A DNA stretch of 62,133 bases, filler included, from Hausera hauseri (Eukaryota): NCBI GenBank assembly GCA_046269625.1. It is 10 parts of 10 records of this genome, joined end to end, with 100 filler letters (N's around TTAATTAATTAA, not from the genome) between each part and the next. Parts side by side here need not be neighbours in the genome. Positions count along the whole stretch, not along the records: positions 33,822 to 43,801 come from JBJURY010259954.1; positions 43,902 to 50,990 come from JBJURY010038556.1; 8 more parts are not named here. One strand, 5' to 3'. The notes beneath the pieces were generated by a model. That model worked only from the letters and a program-made list of their open reading frames with translations. It had not been told where the DNA came from and did not search any database. Shown in pieces: positions 36,576 to 50,600 of this stretch (position 1 is the first letter of the stretch; the number at the start of each line of letters is the position of its first letter). The translations under genes and the position numbers were made by a program.

Positions 36576-39500
36576 GTCACGATCGACGATGTTTTCTTTT
36601 CTTTATTTGTATAGTCTAATTTTGTTTTGTTCGAACGCAAATTGTAACGTTTGCTTGGCCTTATTTCCGTTTTAACTACTCTTTGAATCGATATGACCTC
36701 TTCCTTGCCACTTTTGTTTATATAAACTGTGGTTGGTGTAACATTAGTAACTTCATAAGGCCCTCTACCTGTCCTGGTAAGCTTAAGAGACATACCTTTC
36801 TTTGCTACCGGATAGTGTACGTAGGCCCCGTTTCCGGGTTCTAGAGCGTGTGGTTTAGCCTTCTTATCATACTGCTTCTTAAATTGTCCTTGGTATTCTT
36901 TAGATACGTCCTTGGCTATTCCCCAACACTTGTACAATCTCGATTGTAATACTTCGACAAAATTTTGCTCTAAGTCTTCCGTTCTTGTGGTGTAGGGAAT
37001 CAGTCCTAAATCTGTAGGGAGCACAGCTTCTCTTCCATACATCATAAAAATGGCGTGAATCCTGTCGCCCGATGTGGAGTAGTATTAATGACAAACTGTG
37101 TACCTTCTAAAAACTCATCCCAGTCTTTCTGGTCCTTTGCCACTACTGTCGATAAGATTCGTAAAACGGTCGCGTTCATCCGTTCGACCATTTCGTTACA
37201 TTGGGAATGATACGCTGTGGTGGTTAGTCGTTTAATTTCGAAAATCTTGGTAATTTTGTCAAATAAATCGCTCGTAAATTTCCTTCCTCGGTCTGTCAAA
37301 ATTTGTTCAAGTAACCCGTATCTGCAAATAATCTTCCGGACTACTACTTCTGCTAAGGTCTCGGCCTTTTGGTCTACTAACGCTATAAGCTCGACGAAAT
37401 GAGTCAATCGATCTTCACAGGTCAAAATGTATTTGTTGCTCTTGTGAGTCGTAGGTAATGGCCCTACAATATCCATAGACATTGCTTGCATTGGTCTATC
37501 GGGCACATCGATGGGTTTAAGCTCGGCGACGTAGTTTTTCACTTTCCTTTGTTTGGTTGTGCGTTCTTCGCAAGCGTTCACGCAATTTCTTACGTCGATA
37601 TAAATGCTGGACCAGCAGTACTTATTTAATATCCTTTCTAATGTCCTTTTCCACGACATGTGTCCGGCTAAGTATGAATCATGTCCGGCCATGAGTACTT
37701 CCGTACGCAATTCTTTTGGTGTGACTACCAATTTTCGTCCTTTTCGTTCGTAGTATAACACGTTTTTGTGGTTTAAATCTCCAACTACGCAGTATTTGTA
37801 ACCATATCGTCGTAGGTGTTTCCGTAACTGATGACCCTTGGGTGTTACGTTGGTGTCAACGAACTCGATAATCTGTTGTATAACCTTATCTTTTCGCTGT
37901 TCAACAACAATCTTCAATGCCTTATCAAGAGTGAGAGTTCGTTGTCGCTCTACGAAGTTTTCAAGGTGGGCTTTCCTCACTATCATAACTGCGCTTGTTT
38001 TAGTTTTAAATGTCGATAAGGCGTCGGCATCGACATGTTTACTTCCGGGTTTGTATTGAAATTCAATATTGTAACGTGAGAGTTCCTCAATTTATCTGTT
38101 AAGTCTACAGGTTGGATTATTTGCCCTACCCTTTAATGTCGTGATTGCCTTATGGTCAGTAACGATTATAATCTTTTGTCCATAGATCTACACGTTAAAA
38201 TGTCGCAATGCTTCTTTTACCTCTAGTGTTTCCAACTCCGTAACAGAATAGTTCTTCTCTGATTTCTTTAGGGAACGTCCTCCATATGCAATCGGGTGCT
38301 CTAGCTCTTCATCTTCCCGTTTCTGAGCTAATTCATATCCGATACCTTCTTTACTGGCATCCGTTTTGATTATAAACGGTAGGTTGAAGTCAGGATATCT
38401 TAAAACGGGTTCACTAGTCAGAATTTTTTTCATTTCGTCAAAAGCTTTTTGTTCAACATCGGTCCATTTCCATTTGATCCCTTTTTAAGTAAACGATACA
38501 CAGGTACGTTTATCTTTGCATTGTCTGGAACATAAGTAGCATAATACCCACACAGCCCTAACCAGTGTCTCAATTCCTTCTGATTCTGCGGTTACAGGCA
38601 ATCCGATATCTTACTTAATAATGATTTATGCGGTTTCGATCCTCCTTCTCCTACTATATGTCCGAGGTACGATACAGCATTCTGAGCCAATTTGCACTTC
38701 TTGGGATACAGTTTCAGTCCAGCCTGCTCTAGTCTCATAAGTGTACCCTCGATAACCTTTAGATGGTCCTCTTACGTTTTCAATGCGATCATGATGTCGT
38801 CTAAGTAGGCAAACGCGTGTTCCATTTTCATTAGCATTTTATTTATCATACGAGTAAAAATTGCGGGTCCGGTATTTATTCCAAATGGCATAATATTAAA
38901 TTTGTATATACCATCGTGTGTTTTAAACGCCGTTTTGTAACGATCTTCCGCTTCTATCTCTACTTGCCAACATCCAGATTGTAAATTGAGCGTGGTAAAC
39001 CATTTAGCTCCCGAAAGTCTACCCAAAGCTTCCTTTACCGATGGCAATGGGAAGGAGTCCTTCATCATAAGTGTGTTTAGCGCTCGATAGTCGATACAGA
39101 ATCGGTGCTTAGCAGTACCTTTCTTCTTAACCATGAGTATAGGTGAGTACCAAGATCGGTAGCTTGGTCTAATTATGTCGGCCTTTAACATTCGTTCAAC
39201 TTCCTTGGTTATCTCTGGCCTTAGCGAGCGTGGAGGAGGGTACCATTTCGGCATCTTTTGATCCTCCAAATCTATTTCGTCGTTCGATCCAGGCTTTTTC
39301 TTATGTGGAATCGTGAGCCTTAAGGCTCTGGCTCGGCCAATGTCTTCTTCGTTTCTCGCGATAATTCATCTGTAGCGGCAAAGTAATTCGTAAAATCGAC
39401 AATATGTTTCCGGTGAAAATTTAGTTTTAACATTAGGTGGAAATTCGGCACCCTTATACGGTTTCTCTTCAATGATATGTGATGATACTCTATACATGTG

Positions 39501-40200
39501 TCCTAGAGTGGTATTGGCGTACAGTTTGATTGGAGTGGGCGCATTATTCGCTATTCTAATTGGTACTGGGCCTGTTGGTACTCTTGTCAAGATATTGCTC
39601 AGCACGAGGTTTTGTGTCGAGCGATTCTTTTGGTTCAAAATATATTGGCTGATCGTCATCCTGGCGTATCTGATCATATATTAGAATTTCCGTTCTGGGT
39701 GGTATGGTTTTATCTACTGGAATCCACACTTCTCCAATCCACACTTGCCTGCGTTGAAATCGATTGCTATATTAATAATTGTCTCAATAAGTCACATCCT
39801 AATACCACATCATCCGTTAGTTGGTCCATTACTGAAAATTCATGGTGAAAAGATTGTCTTATTATGTGAATTTCTGGTTTCCAACGGAATTTACTTTTCG
39901 ACGATTGTCCAAAAGCTCCAATGCTTCTTGGGTGTGTCGTGGGAGGAGGATATATCATTGTTTCCGTAGGAACTGTGGGATCGATTCATATTTTATCAGT
40001 GATATTTTAGATCCTGTATCTATTAGTGCGTAAACTTCCCAATCTTGCAGTTGAATTTTTGCGAAGGGCCTACCTTCAATTACTGTACCGTAATAACTCG
40101 GTGCTATTTTGGGTTTTCGTATCGTAGACACTTTGTATCCGTTGATGGTGACTTCAGTGGTTCCAACTGGCTGCTTGACTAACTGTCTTAACTCTCCAAT
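36576..40200 (-). pseudogene. pol: Gypsy pol (protease, RT, RNase H, integrase), frameshifted
   Basis: YALIDTGSKISLI (~40020), VLGCD, RFCIDYRALN, MPFG, YLDD, KTDAS, H..AGH, MDIVGP, LTDRG, VERMN, GPY. Confidence 0.93.
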
Positions 40201-40673
40201 AGTTCGTTATTTGTACCATTCGCGTTTTTTAATCTTGGGTTTTTATCCGGCGGCTGAACATCTTGGTTTTGGAGATTTCGTGACTCACATCTTCGAGTAA
40301 ATATTGATTGCGTTTCGTTTGGCTTAGGTATTCTAGGTGAGTAAATCATACCGTGGTTGTCGACTGCTGATTGATGGTGTGGAGCCGAGGTCCTCTCTGT
40401 TTCGTGGATCTTGCGCAATATCTGATAGAGTTTTTTTCCTTCGTAGGGATCCTCTAAACTAAACGGCTTCCGATAGATGTCTGTCTGGCACGAGCTCGTA
40501 GATTGTTTCTCGCAATCTTCGTATATAGGTGCTGTTGTCGGCAATATTGGTAGTAGTAGTTTCATAACAGAGTAATTTTTGTGCCTTCTCGGCCTAGGGA
40601 TGACGTCTCCTCCCTTAGGCTCGTCATCATCGGAATCATTTCTTCGTGTCTTACTGACGATGAATTTCTGTCT

Positions 40674-42545
40674 TTAATCGAATATGTGTCTTTTACGTTT
40701 TCGATTATGGTTGCCCACATGTCGTTCCACATCTGTTTTCCATGTACCTTCTTCATAACCCTTTAAGAATTTGCCGAAGGGTGTAATAATAGCCGTTAAA
40801 ATTTTGCACAAAAATCCTGTTAAGGTGAATATCTCGTATCCATTTATGATTGCATGAATTATAGCTAGAAATTCTGACGTGGCTTGTCCGAATATCAGGA
40901 ATCGTCCCCAGATTTTATACAATATCTCTGTAGTTACTTTTTTATAGTAACCAACTCCAAATAATGACTCACATTTCGTCTGGCAGCGCGAATCCTCCAA
41001 TATTGTATACATTGCTCTGTTTAATTCATATGTACGTTGGCGGGGAAAAGCGAGAAATTGTCTAAACGCCTCTACTTCTTTTGGTCGGTAAATACCTTTT
41101 ACGGCTGTATCTTGAAATTTATCATCGGTTATTCCTTTAATCAGGTTTGTTCCTGTCAGCTTGGTAGGTGGTGCGATAATACCGCCGTTCGGTATACTTA
41201 CCCAGTCGGTCTCGCTACGTCTGAACATGGGCTCTCCTAAGCTAGTTTTACAGTCTCTCAAAATTGTCGGGTGAGTGGCGTTTGCCAACAACACTCTGGT
41301 AATCGGTGTTACTAATCTCGTTACGTCCTGATATATTACTGGAAGTTCTTGTATACACCTCTTCTTTTCTACATTAATCGTTACGTCTTTCTTTTTACAT
41401 TCATAGGTCAATAAGACCTCTCCGGTTACTCGTTTAAAAACACCCTCCTTCATCGGAATTAACGGTGATGCCAACTCGAGATTGGCGTATATCAGGGCCA
41501 GTTTAGTTCTCATGATTTCCAAGTCCAATTTACAGTCGTTTGTTATCCTTTTGTGGTTTGTCCTTTATAGTAGAAATAGTGGTCTTTGTTCTTCAAATAG
41601 TCTTCAATCCGGATGTCCTGAATCGCGAGTTTGAACGTTCTAGAATTTATTTCTCTCTCGGCTACAAAAAATGCTTCATAGTTGGTGGCATACATTACGA
41701 CGTCGCATCTGGTGAGCATAGCTTTTTTTTACAAATTTTAATCCATGAGTATCAGAAATCAGTATCGTAGGTATTGACTGTTCGGCTACATCTTCTCGTG
41801 TTTTAGAGTTAGTTTCCATGCTACTTATTTATCGTTTTCCTGCCGTTTCATTGAACTTAAGCTCTTTAATCTTGATAAAGTTGCAATCGGTCTTGGCTGG
41901 GGGTTCCCAAATTTCTACGGAACTTCAAAACGAGCATGTGCCATCTTGAATGTGGCACTTATGGTTCTCGGTGTAAAGTTTAGTAACACTATGTACATCA
42001 CTTTCTGTATACTCATTTTGGTTTCGTAAAAATCCACTACCACGACGTTTGACTCTAATCCCTTTCCTGTATCGTATTCCGAACTGTGACAATGTCCGAT
42101 ATGCATATCCAGTCTTCCTGCTGCCACTTTATACACTGTCATTATTTTCCCTTCTTGCATTTCCATTTCCGTACCTCCCCATTTTATTCTGCCCGTTTCT
42201 CTAGCTTGTTTACAATGCTGTCGCTTTAAATTCATCGAAATTAGCGAAGTTGTTGGCTTAATTATTGACGAGTGTCCATGTACCAGTCCATAATGGAAAA
42301 CGGTGCGAGATTGCCGCAACATACATTCTACTTCGTCCAAGGTAAGTAGTTAGCGTTGTTGATATAATATATAACTTTTCTCTTTTGTCTCTAATCTGTG
42401 GGGCCTCGCATCTTCGCACATTTCCAAGTCCATTAACGATTAATTTTGGCCAAGTCCGAATTTGTCACAATCATATACTGTGACTGCGCCCATTTGTCTT
42501 ATTAACATCATCATGGTCAAAAAATTGATAAGCCAGTTTGATTCA
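40674..42545 (-). pseudogene. Chuvirus-like / gB-type (class III) fusion glycoprotein
   Basis: Signal WLINFLTMMMLIRQMGA then VYDC..SL..LEMC; ECM..SRTVFHYG..HSS; HC..A.ETG; AAG..GHC..NVVV; KC..DGTC..W.PP..C; DCKLDLEI; GEV..YEC; CIQELPV..P.TRVL; GIY; FP..R; W..FLIFG and TM. The Cys and motif spacing follow chuviral G. Confidence 0.8.
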
Positions 42546-43801
42546 TTTGCTCTGCTATTTCCAGTCACATTTCGTAGCAGATCTCCGAATCTACTGTTAT
42601 CGAAGAAGAATCTATTTTGATGTTCTTCTTCTTTTTCGAATAGCTTCGTCCAATCCACTTCTCGGGACAGTTTCCTTGCAGCCTTCCTTGCCAAGCTAGT
42701 AGTCTTGTTAAATTCACCTCGGTTCGGGTTGGTTTTGATGTCCAGATATAGCAACACTTTTCTCAATTCCTCTATGGTGTTTTCTACCATAATTTTCTCG
42801 ATTATCAATTTACCGCTTAGAGTACTTCTGGTTAATTTACACCGAAGGCCTTTCATAGCCTTTGCGGCGTTCGCTATGGCTTCCTCTTTCTCATCTAATA
42901 CATTACCGCCGAGGCTAGAGTGATTTACTATTCGTATCAGGTCTTTCATAAGTTCGTTCAGTTCCTCATGATCCTCACTAAAGGTGGGTATAGACATTTG
43001 TTTCAACTCTTTGATTAAATCTCCATTGTAATCGATTTCCTCTCGTGGTTTCCGCGGCCTACCGACAGAACGCTTCTGTTCTGTTACAGCAGATATATTG
43101 CCATTTATGGGTACTAAATTTTTATCGTATTGTTCATTATCTTCATTTGTCTGGAGGTACTCGAAATATACTGTTGGATCTCGGACTCTTATTATTCGCC
43201 CTACCTGCTGTTCTGCTTTCGCCCTCCGTATAGCCTCTTCCTTTGTTTCATCGATAGTGGTGGCTACCACTAACCGGTTTATTTTACCAGGAATAATTCC
43301 GACCTCTATCAATAATTCTGACTCGTCTAGTATACTTCCTCTAAAATAAAGTCTATAGCTCAGCTCCTGGGCATATCCATTATCCCTTATCCATAGTAAT
43401 ACATTTATACCAAGGAGTGCGTAGTAAATTCTTGTTCCTTCTCGTACATCCAGTCTGATACTATCTTTACTAGGATCCTTTCCTCAGCCTTTACCTTTAA
43501 GATTTTAGCATATTCTTTGAGTAAAAGCTTAGGTACCGTACTGGAAGTCGTACCTTCACTAGCTAACTTAGTTAAGGTAGGGACTAGATGTCTCAATTGA
43601 TTTTCAGTGAGGTTCATTTTAATTAATTGAATTAAATCTTTTTCGGTTTGTACCGGATCCAGCAGCATTCCTACGTTGAACCTTTGGTCAGGAGAATATA
43701 CCTCCATTTCATCCAGTTGTATTGGGGTTTTGGGATTCTCGGCAATCATTGCGTCTAAATATGCCTCCCATTCTGTTTCATTATCGTTATCCGGGAGTTG
43801 A
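42546..43801 (-). pseudogene. Unidentified helical ORF (ORF-X) running in frame into the glycoprotein signal peptide
   Basis: ORFs 43405-43749 and 42440-43312 are linked by one frameshift (INVLLWIRDNG..ELLIEVG); contains an AT-hook-like GRPRKP. Confidence 0.5.
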
Positions 43802-44203
43802 NNNNNNNNNNNNNNNNNNNNNNNNNNNNNNNNNNNNNNNNNNNNTTAATTAATTAANNNNNNNNNNNNNNNNNNNNNNNNNNNNNNNNNNNNNNNNNNN
43901 NCACTTTTTTGCCCCTTCCCCTTTCTTTCCCCCGACACCCCATCGACTTCGGTCCTTCACCATTCGATGCGTCTTCCGTCCCCCATCATTTCTGTGTGCT
44001 ACATATGGCCGTGCACCACTTCCTTCTTACATCCGCATTTTTCGTGCACTTCTGCTTCCGGGGTGCACCATGCACCGGTGCACGGAGGTTTCCTGAATTA
44101 TCTGTGTCGAAATCTATCGGGCCAGTGTGTGTTTCGGCATCATACACGCTTTGCATTGGCTGCAAGGGGGGCGGGGGCGTGATCCAGAACCCGCATTTTT
44201 ATA

Positions 44204-45780
44204 CTACTTTCCTCCTATTATTTCCGGTGATATGTCTGTCACTACTATGAAGGTTACGCGCTTCTGTACTCCCTTGAGTTCCCCATTTTCAGACAGTTCA
44301 CTCATCCAATCTGGGGACCTACCATTTGCACAACGGAGTATGATATCTGATTTCTCCAGCTGGATATCAGTTAGTCTTTCAAACATCTTTTTACTCATCA
44401 CGTTCACCCGTGCCCCTGTGTCCAATAGGCAGTTTTCGCATCTATCTTGTACCTTTATTTTTAAACCTGGCTGTCCTTGTAGTTTATCGTACGTGATACT
44501 CTTTTCCGTCAATCCTTCCAAGGAAAAATCCTCTCCATGGAGGCCTCGTTTTGACTTTCTGTAATTCGTACTTCTTCGTTTCTGTCTCCAAATGTTCGCT
44601 TTCTTATGAACCTCCGTACCTCTTCCTTTGTTCTTTCCTTCATTTCTTCAATGCCTTGTCCATTCCTTTGAATATTTTTGACGCCTTTGGAGTTGTTTTA
44701 TGCAATGTCCCGACTAGCTCCACTTCTGTCGAGGCTCTGCCTTTTGGGTTTGTCGACTCTGATGGATTCTTCATAGTCCTCGTCAATATTTCCAATGTAT
44801 GCGTGTCTGCTGTTCACTTTTTTTCCATATCTTTTCTGACCATACCCCGCACGCTTGAAATTGTCGGTATACGTATTTTATCCTCTTCTGCTTTTCTGCA
44901 ATTTGGTATAGCACTCTTCTTCCGTGAGCCCTCTATCCTGACATCTATTGCATTTTATGTTTATGAAATTTCGCCTTATGTGTTCTTGCTGACCACACCC
45001 ATAGCATATTATGGGTTCCTTTCGGGTAATTCCTGTTAATGTGTCCTTCTTTCCCGCAACCAAAACATCTTCGTGATTGTTGGAGGTTGCATGTCCGGCT
45101 TGTATGCTCGTCTTTCTGACACGACCAGCATTTCATCATCCTCTTTGCTTGCGTATTGTGTGGTTTGATATCCCTCCTTTCGTGAATTGGTTTGTCAAAT
45201 TTGTGCACTACCACATCCCGGTTACTCCGTCGGCCATCTTTAGTATATTCTCTGTGTTTATCTCTTCCGTCTTTGTTGCTACTTCATGAACTTTTTGTAT
45301 TTTCGCTTTGATTTGTTCTGTTTTTTTTCGTCCCTGCGGTAGATTTTCTTTCTCCCCTCCGGATCTTCACAACAGTTCCTCATCAGTTCCTCTGTTAGCG
45401 CTTCTGGCTTTAATTTGTGACTAAAGATTTCCTTCACAAGCTATTCGATTTTGTTGAAGAAGGCGGCCGGTTCTGCTCCTTTCATTCTCTAGTCCAATGC
45501 CTCCTGCATCTCTCCGCACAGCGCTGAGTTTTGCAGAGACTTTTGTCAACCGATTTTGGTAACCTTTCACCTTCTGGCTCACCAGCTGGTATTTTCCCTG
45601 TGCTTTTTCCGCCAACAGGCACGGGACCGCGGTTTCCCAATCCGTCGCCTACATCTTTATGAAGTCGAAGTATCTCTCGCATTTTCCAATGAAGGTTTCC
45701 ACGTTGTCACCTTTCTGGAATTCTTTCGGCATCAATTTCTTTTCGAAGAAGTCTCTTCACTAATTAAATGAATCTTATTT
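44204..45780 (-). mobile_element. Decayed gypsy gag-protease remnant with multiple zinc knuckles
   Basis: KCWSCQKDEHTSRTC, RCFGCGKEGH, CYGCGQQEH, CNRC; protease LLDTGARVNV..IIG. Confidence 0.8.
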
Positions 45781-46155
45781 TCCTCCGTTCCTGAATTTCC
45801 TCACTTTCTATTGGATGTTTATTGAATTAATTTTGAACTGAATTTAAACATTAATATCCGTTTAAATTCCTCCTCATAACAATGATTCCATTAATTTGAC
45901 GTCTAGTGTATCTATTTACACGTTTATAAATTTGACTTGAACAATCATTTACGGTATTTTCTCAGACTAATTTTATCATTCATATAACTATGTAGTCAGA
46001 TTATTAAATTTAAAAATATTCGTCATTAAGATTTGAACAGTTGTTTTTTGTCACACAAGTAGCTTCACATTGTAACCTCAAAATTGCAGAAAACTTGTAT
46101 GTGGGAATGAATTTTGAAACCTTTTTGCAATTGGGAAATAAAAAATACTATTAGT

Positions 46156-46641
46156 GTGTTAATCAACATATCCATGGTAACCTTTATGCTGAACAACTAC
46201 AGCGAGTTCATGATGCTTTGAATATTCGCCACCCATTACTGTTGAATTGCGGTAGAGCAATCCTACAGCATGACAATGCCCCAGCTCATACATCACGAAG
46301 GATTGAGCAGAAAATTCAGGAACTGCAAGACATCGAAGTCATCCCAATCCTGCTTATAGCCCGGATCTTGTCCTTTTAGATTACTATCTGTTTCGGTCTT
46401 TCACTTTACAAGGGAGACGATTTGGTTCAGAGGAAGAGGTCAAAACCAGAATCGCCGATTTTTTGTCTCCATGACACTTGAATGGTATCGTTATGAGATC
46501 GAGCAATTTGCATGAAGATAGCCTCCAGTCATGGAAAATGATGGACTGTATTTCGAGGAATAATATGATCAGTGTTATAACAATTTGTATAAATAAAATA
46601 CTCGCATAAAAACATGAATAACGTTAGACTCAACGTGGTAA
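46156..46641 (+). mobile_element. Mariner (DD34D) transposase C-terminal remnant with 3' end
   Basis: YAEQLQRV..ILQHDNAPAHTS..PAYSPDLVLLDYYLFRS; stop at ~46563, then a short tail with AATAAA. Confidence 0.88.
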
Positions 46642-46923
46642 TTGGGAAGTGTTTTCATATATTATGTACGCTATATGAAGCTAAACAAAATAACAATATT
46701 CAAGTAGATTGATATTATACGTAAAGCCAAATCTCTAATTCTTATTATAACTATTTAACTATATTCTTATATTTAAACATAATTTGTCTTCAAATTTAGA
46801 ATCAAAATTGTGGAGGTAGAATTGAGTATTCTCAAGAATTAATTGCTATTGGTTATAATATGATTATGAATTCAAATTCCACAAAGGCACTATTGCGTCA
46901 ACGAATTTATCAATTAAATAGTC

Positions 46924-47625
46924 TTGAAAAATTCTACAAAATTTGGCTTTGGGGGTGCAAGATATCCTGTTGTTACAGGTAGTTCAGGAGAAGAAGCATG
47001 CCCAGTATTGGAAGGCAAATACATGCATGTTCCTACTGGACTTCTAGCTTTAACAACTAAACGATATTTAATGGCGATATTCGATGAAACATTTTTCAGA
47101 AATGAATCTACTTTGAAGATGCTCGTGGATATCAACCGTTTTATTTTGCATCAACTAAATGAAAGTAATTTCCTATTGGAAAAATTAAAATTATTCGGTC
47201 CTAGCAACATCAATCAAATTGTTAGTAATTCAGCAATCAATTCTGGTTTGATGAAGGAAGTTCTTTTAATTTTATCATCATTGAATCACTTTTTAGAGAT
47301 TGTTACGAATGAATCAATTACTTTCTTGCCAAGCAATAAAAAGTATTCAAAAACTGATGAACAAATGCAATATATACTGCATTACGACGCATTATCTCAT
47401 TTCCCACTACTGCCGCAACATTCAAAAGAAAAACTCATCAAAGTAGCTTATGATTCGTTTAAATTACCAAATGTACAAATTCCACAAAGTCTCCGGTTGC
47501 GCGATGTTTCATGTGGCGTTGTTAATGGTGACAGACTGGCATTCAAAACGCCGTATTCGATAAAATCCGAAAAGAAATTCATTGGGTCTACTGCGAGAAT
47601 AATTAAAGGACCTTTGAGGGGGAAT
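46924..47625 (+). CDS. Unidentified coding segment (probably a host exon) interrupted by a gypsy insertion
   Basis: ~230 open codons in AT-rich DNA with protein-like composition; ends IGSTARIIKGPLRG at an abrupt switch to the C-rich retroelement leader. Confidence 0.4.
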
Positions 47626-47626
47626 T

Positions 47627-50600
47627 TGGTTACCCGGAAATTTGGGACCCGCCGCTGCGAGGCTGAGGTCCAGGCTGCCCATCCTGCGCCAGTGGGTCAG
47701 ACGGCGCCTTTCGCTTCAGCCCCGCAACACGACCCCAGGCACACTGCCTCTCCATTCTCTATCTTCTTTTTCTTAAATAATAGCTATGTCCATANNNNNN
47801 NNNNACACACTGCGACCATTCACACTTTCATTTCTACCCTACTCCACTCCTCTGATTTCTACCTTACTCACAACGGATATCTAGTACCCCTCGCTGGAAC
47901 TCTACAATCTTACTCAACTCCGATCTGTCTTCATATTCATTTCCGTATCCGTGATGGCATGGATTCGTCACCCACAATTGACACCACGGACAAACTCACC
48001 AAACAACAAATCCCCATCATTCACTTACCCAAACACAAAGCTTCCAACATCCCTACACAACATACACTCCTCACTCATTCACCTTGCACAGAATACTTTC
48101 TCGATAGCCAAAACTCTACTCAAATGTGGTTAAAACTGCACCAATTTTGGCTCCAATCGCAAAACGTCGTCAATTTTTTAGCCAAAGCCAACAGCCTCTT
48201 TTTCCACTTATCAGCTTCCACTAAAACTAAAATCACCAATATAATCTATATCCTTCAACACACTGACCCATATACACAACTCTATAATGCCGTCCTCAAG
48301 CTTACTGAGTCTTCAATCGATTCAATCATTCAAAGGTTCTTTAACGACAACGCCATAGGCCCTCAGAAGTTTCCTGAATTCCTACACACATTCTTGTCTC
48401 ACCTCAACACCCTTGGCGTAACCTCTGAACACAGTCCCGAGCTTCTTCGTCGCTATTTCTTAAATGCATTGCCCCTTCAAATAAGAGCTTTTCTAACTAT
48501 GGTTGAAGACTCCATGGCACTTGACAAGCTAGCCGAATTGGCAGGCAAGGCACACGAAGTGTTGCACTCATACGCAGCATTAACTATCTCTGCAGCATTG
48601 ACAACAGATAAACAACAACAAAATGCAGTGCTGCTGCAACAAATTGCGCAATTTTGCACAGAAAATGAAACATTACAAAAAACAATCAACAATATTAACG
48701 ACAAACTAAACGCAATAACACTACCTCGACGGGGTTTTTCTAGGCCTGCTTCCCCTAATGCGTTTGATCAACGTCAAAGACGGTCGCCTTCGCCCGCGCG
48801 GTTATTAATTTGATATTATCATAGCAAATTTGGCAACAATGCTCAGAAATGCTGCTTCGGTGGTAAATTTTATTCCCCTGGTTTTAATACAAGCAACATT
48901 GTTTGCATCCACCACTCAAAATTTGGCACAAAAGCGCAAAAATGCTTACCTGGCTGCACCTACAGGACACACAATAAGACCAACACCAATAAGTTCACAC
49001 AAAACAGTGGACTAAATTCACCAGCTCCAAAAAACTAATTTTTCCGCTAGGACACACGGCAAGTCCTAACAAAAGCAACAACCAGCAAATCATAGTCGGC
49101 ACATTTCTTATGCTGTAGACACTTTCTTATAGACACCGGCGCAGCAATCTCTCTACTGCCACCAACACAACACATGCAACACAATTACACGTCACAAAAG
49201 CAACTATTCACTGCGTCCGGTGAACCTTTACAAATCTTTGGAGTTAGTACATTAACATTCACTTTCCTACACTTTACAAACACATTCACATGGAAATTTA
49301 CAATAGCTAATGTACACACACCTATACTGGGTTCAAACTTTCTGTCCCACTACAATTTACTTGTAGATTGCAAACAATGTTCCTTAAAGAGCAGACATAA
49401 TCTCAATCAAATCAGCAGCATTTCGATGACCACCCCGGCGATCGCGTCCAGTAAGTCAATACTAAAGAAAACGACTTCCGGTTTGAATTATTTTTATAAT
49501 CATTTATTATATAGAAATTTTTATTACGGTAACAAATACGATATTGCCAACTGCGTGGCACCCATTACTAGTAGCACAGCTGCCAACACCATCTTCAACA
49601 CCAACATTCTGCACCAAATACCACCTAGTCGCAACACCTTGTATATAACTCATACCTCAACTGCATCCAGTCACGATGCATCGACACCTACGGATTTGTC
49701 ATCATTGCCTTCTGATCTACAGCAATACATTTCGTCCTCCTGCACGCGTCTGCTGCAAAAGGACGAATCATTTGTACCACCTCAATCCACCTTTCATCAC
49801 ATAGTAACAGCACATCAAAGACCAATACGTCAAAAGGTCCGTCCGATATTGCCTCGTCGCAGACAGGCAGTGGAGGCTGAGTTTCTCGACCTTGAGAAAT
49901 TAGGCATAATTAGAAGATCCAAATCCCCCTGGTCTTCGCCACTGCATGTGGTTCCAAAAAATGGTACCTTTCGCCCATGCGGTGATTACCGCTAACTTAA
50001 CACCATAACAACAATGGATGTTTACTCTCTACCATTAATCAACGACATCCTTCACAGGCTCCATGGTGCGACCATCTTTTCCTGCATTGATTTGCACAAA
50101 GCATACGACCAAATTCCTGTGGCCCAAGCAGGCATTCCGAAAACGGCTGTAATTACACCTTTCGGCCTTTTCGAGTACCTCTTTATGCCTTTTGGACTCC
50201 GTAGTGCTTCCCAGATCTTCCAAAGGCAATTCGACACAGTTCTTTCAGGCTTAGACTTCGCCTATCCCTATATTGATGACATCTTAATTGCATCATCTTC
50301 CTCGAAGCAACACTCCGAACACCTACGTTTGATCTTCCAATGCCTGCACCAAAACAACTTGCAAATCAATTTCTCCAAATGCTCTTTCTTTCAACATAAG
50401 GTCAACTTCCTAGGATATGTTATTAGCTCCTCTGGACACTCACCTCAGCCAGACCGCATCACACAGCTCAGAAACATCCCGCTTCCACGTACATCAACAG
50501 AGATGCGTTCTTTCCTCGGAACCTTGCACTTTATTCATAAATACGTTCCACATTGCTCCACTCTAACCGCGCCATTTGCATCACTAAGCTCCTGCAAGAA

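Larger units (their letters stand above)
33822..43801 (-). mobile_element. Decayed Ty3/gypsy-type element with unusual order: ORF-X / chuvirus-like glycoprotein / PR-RT-RH-INT / FN3-like membrane protein / exonuclease-containing ORF
   Basis: All coding remnants are on the minus strand with a similar level of decay; no LTR, PPT or PBS seen inside; both ends cut by the contig edges. Confidence 0.8.

Noticed and set aside
40674-42545. Stand-alone endogenous chuvirus
   Set aside because: No RdRp or nucleoprotein motifs were recognised, and G is contiguous, co-oriented and similarly decayed with gypsy pol.
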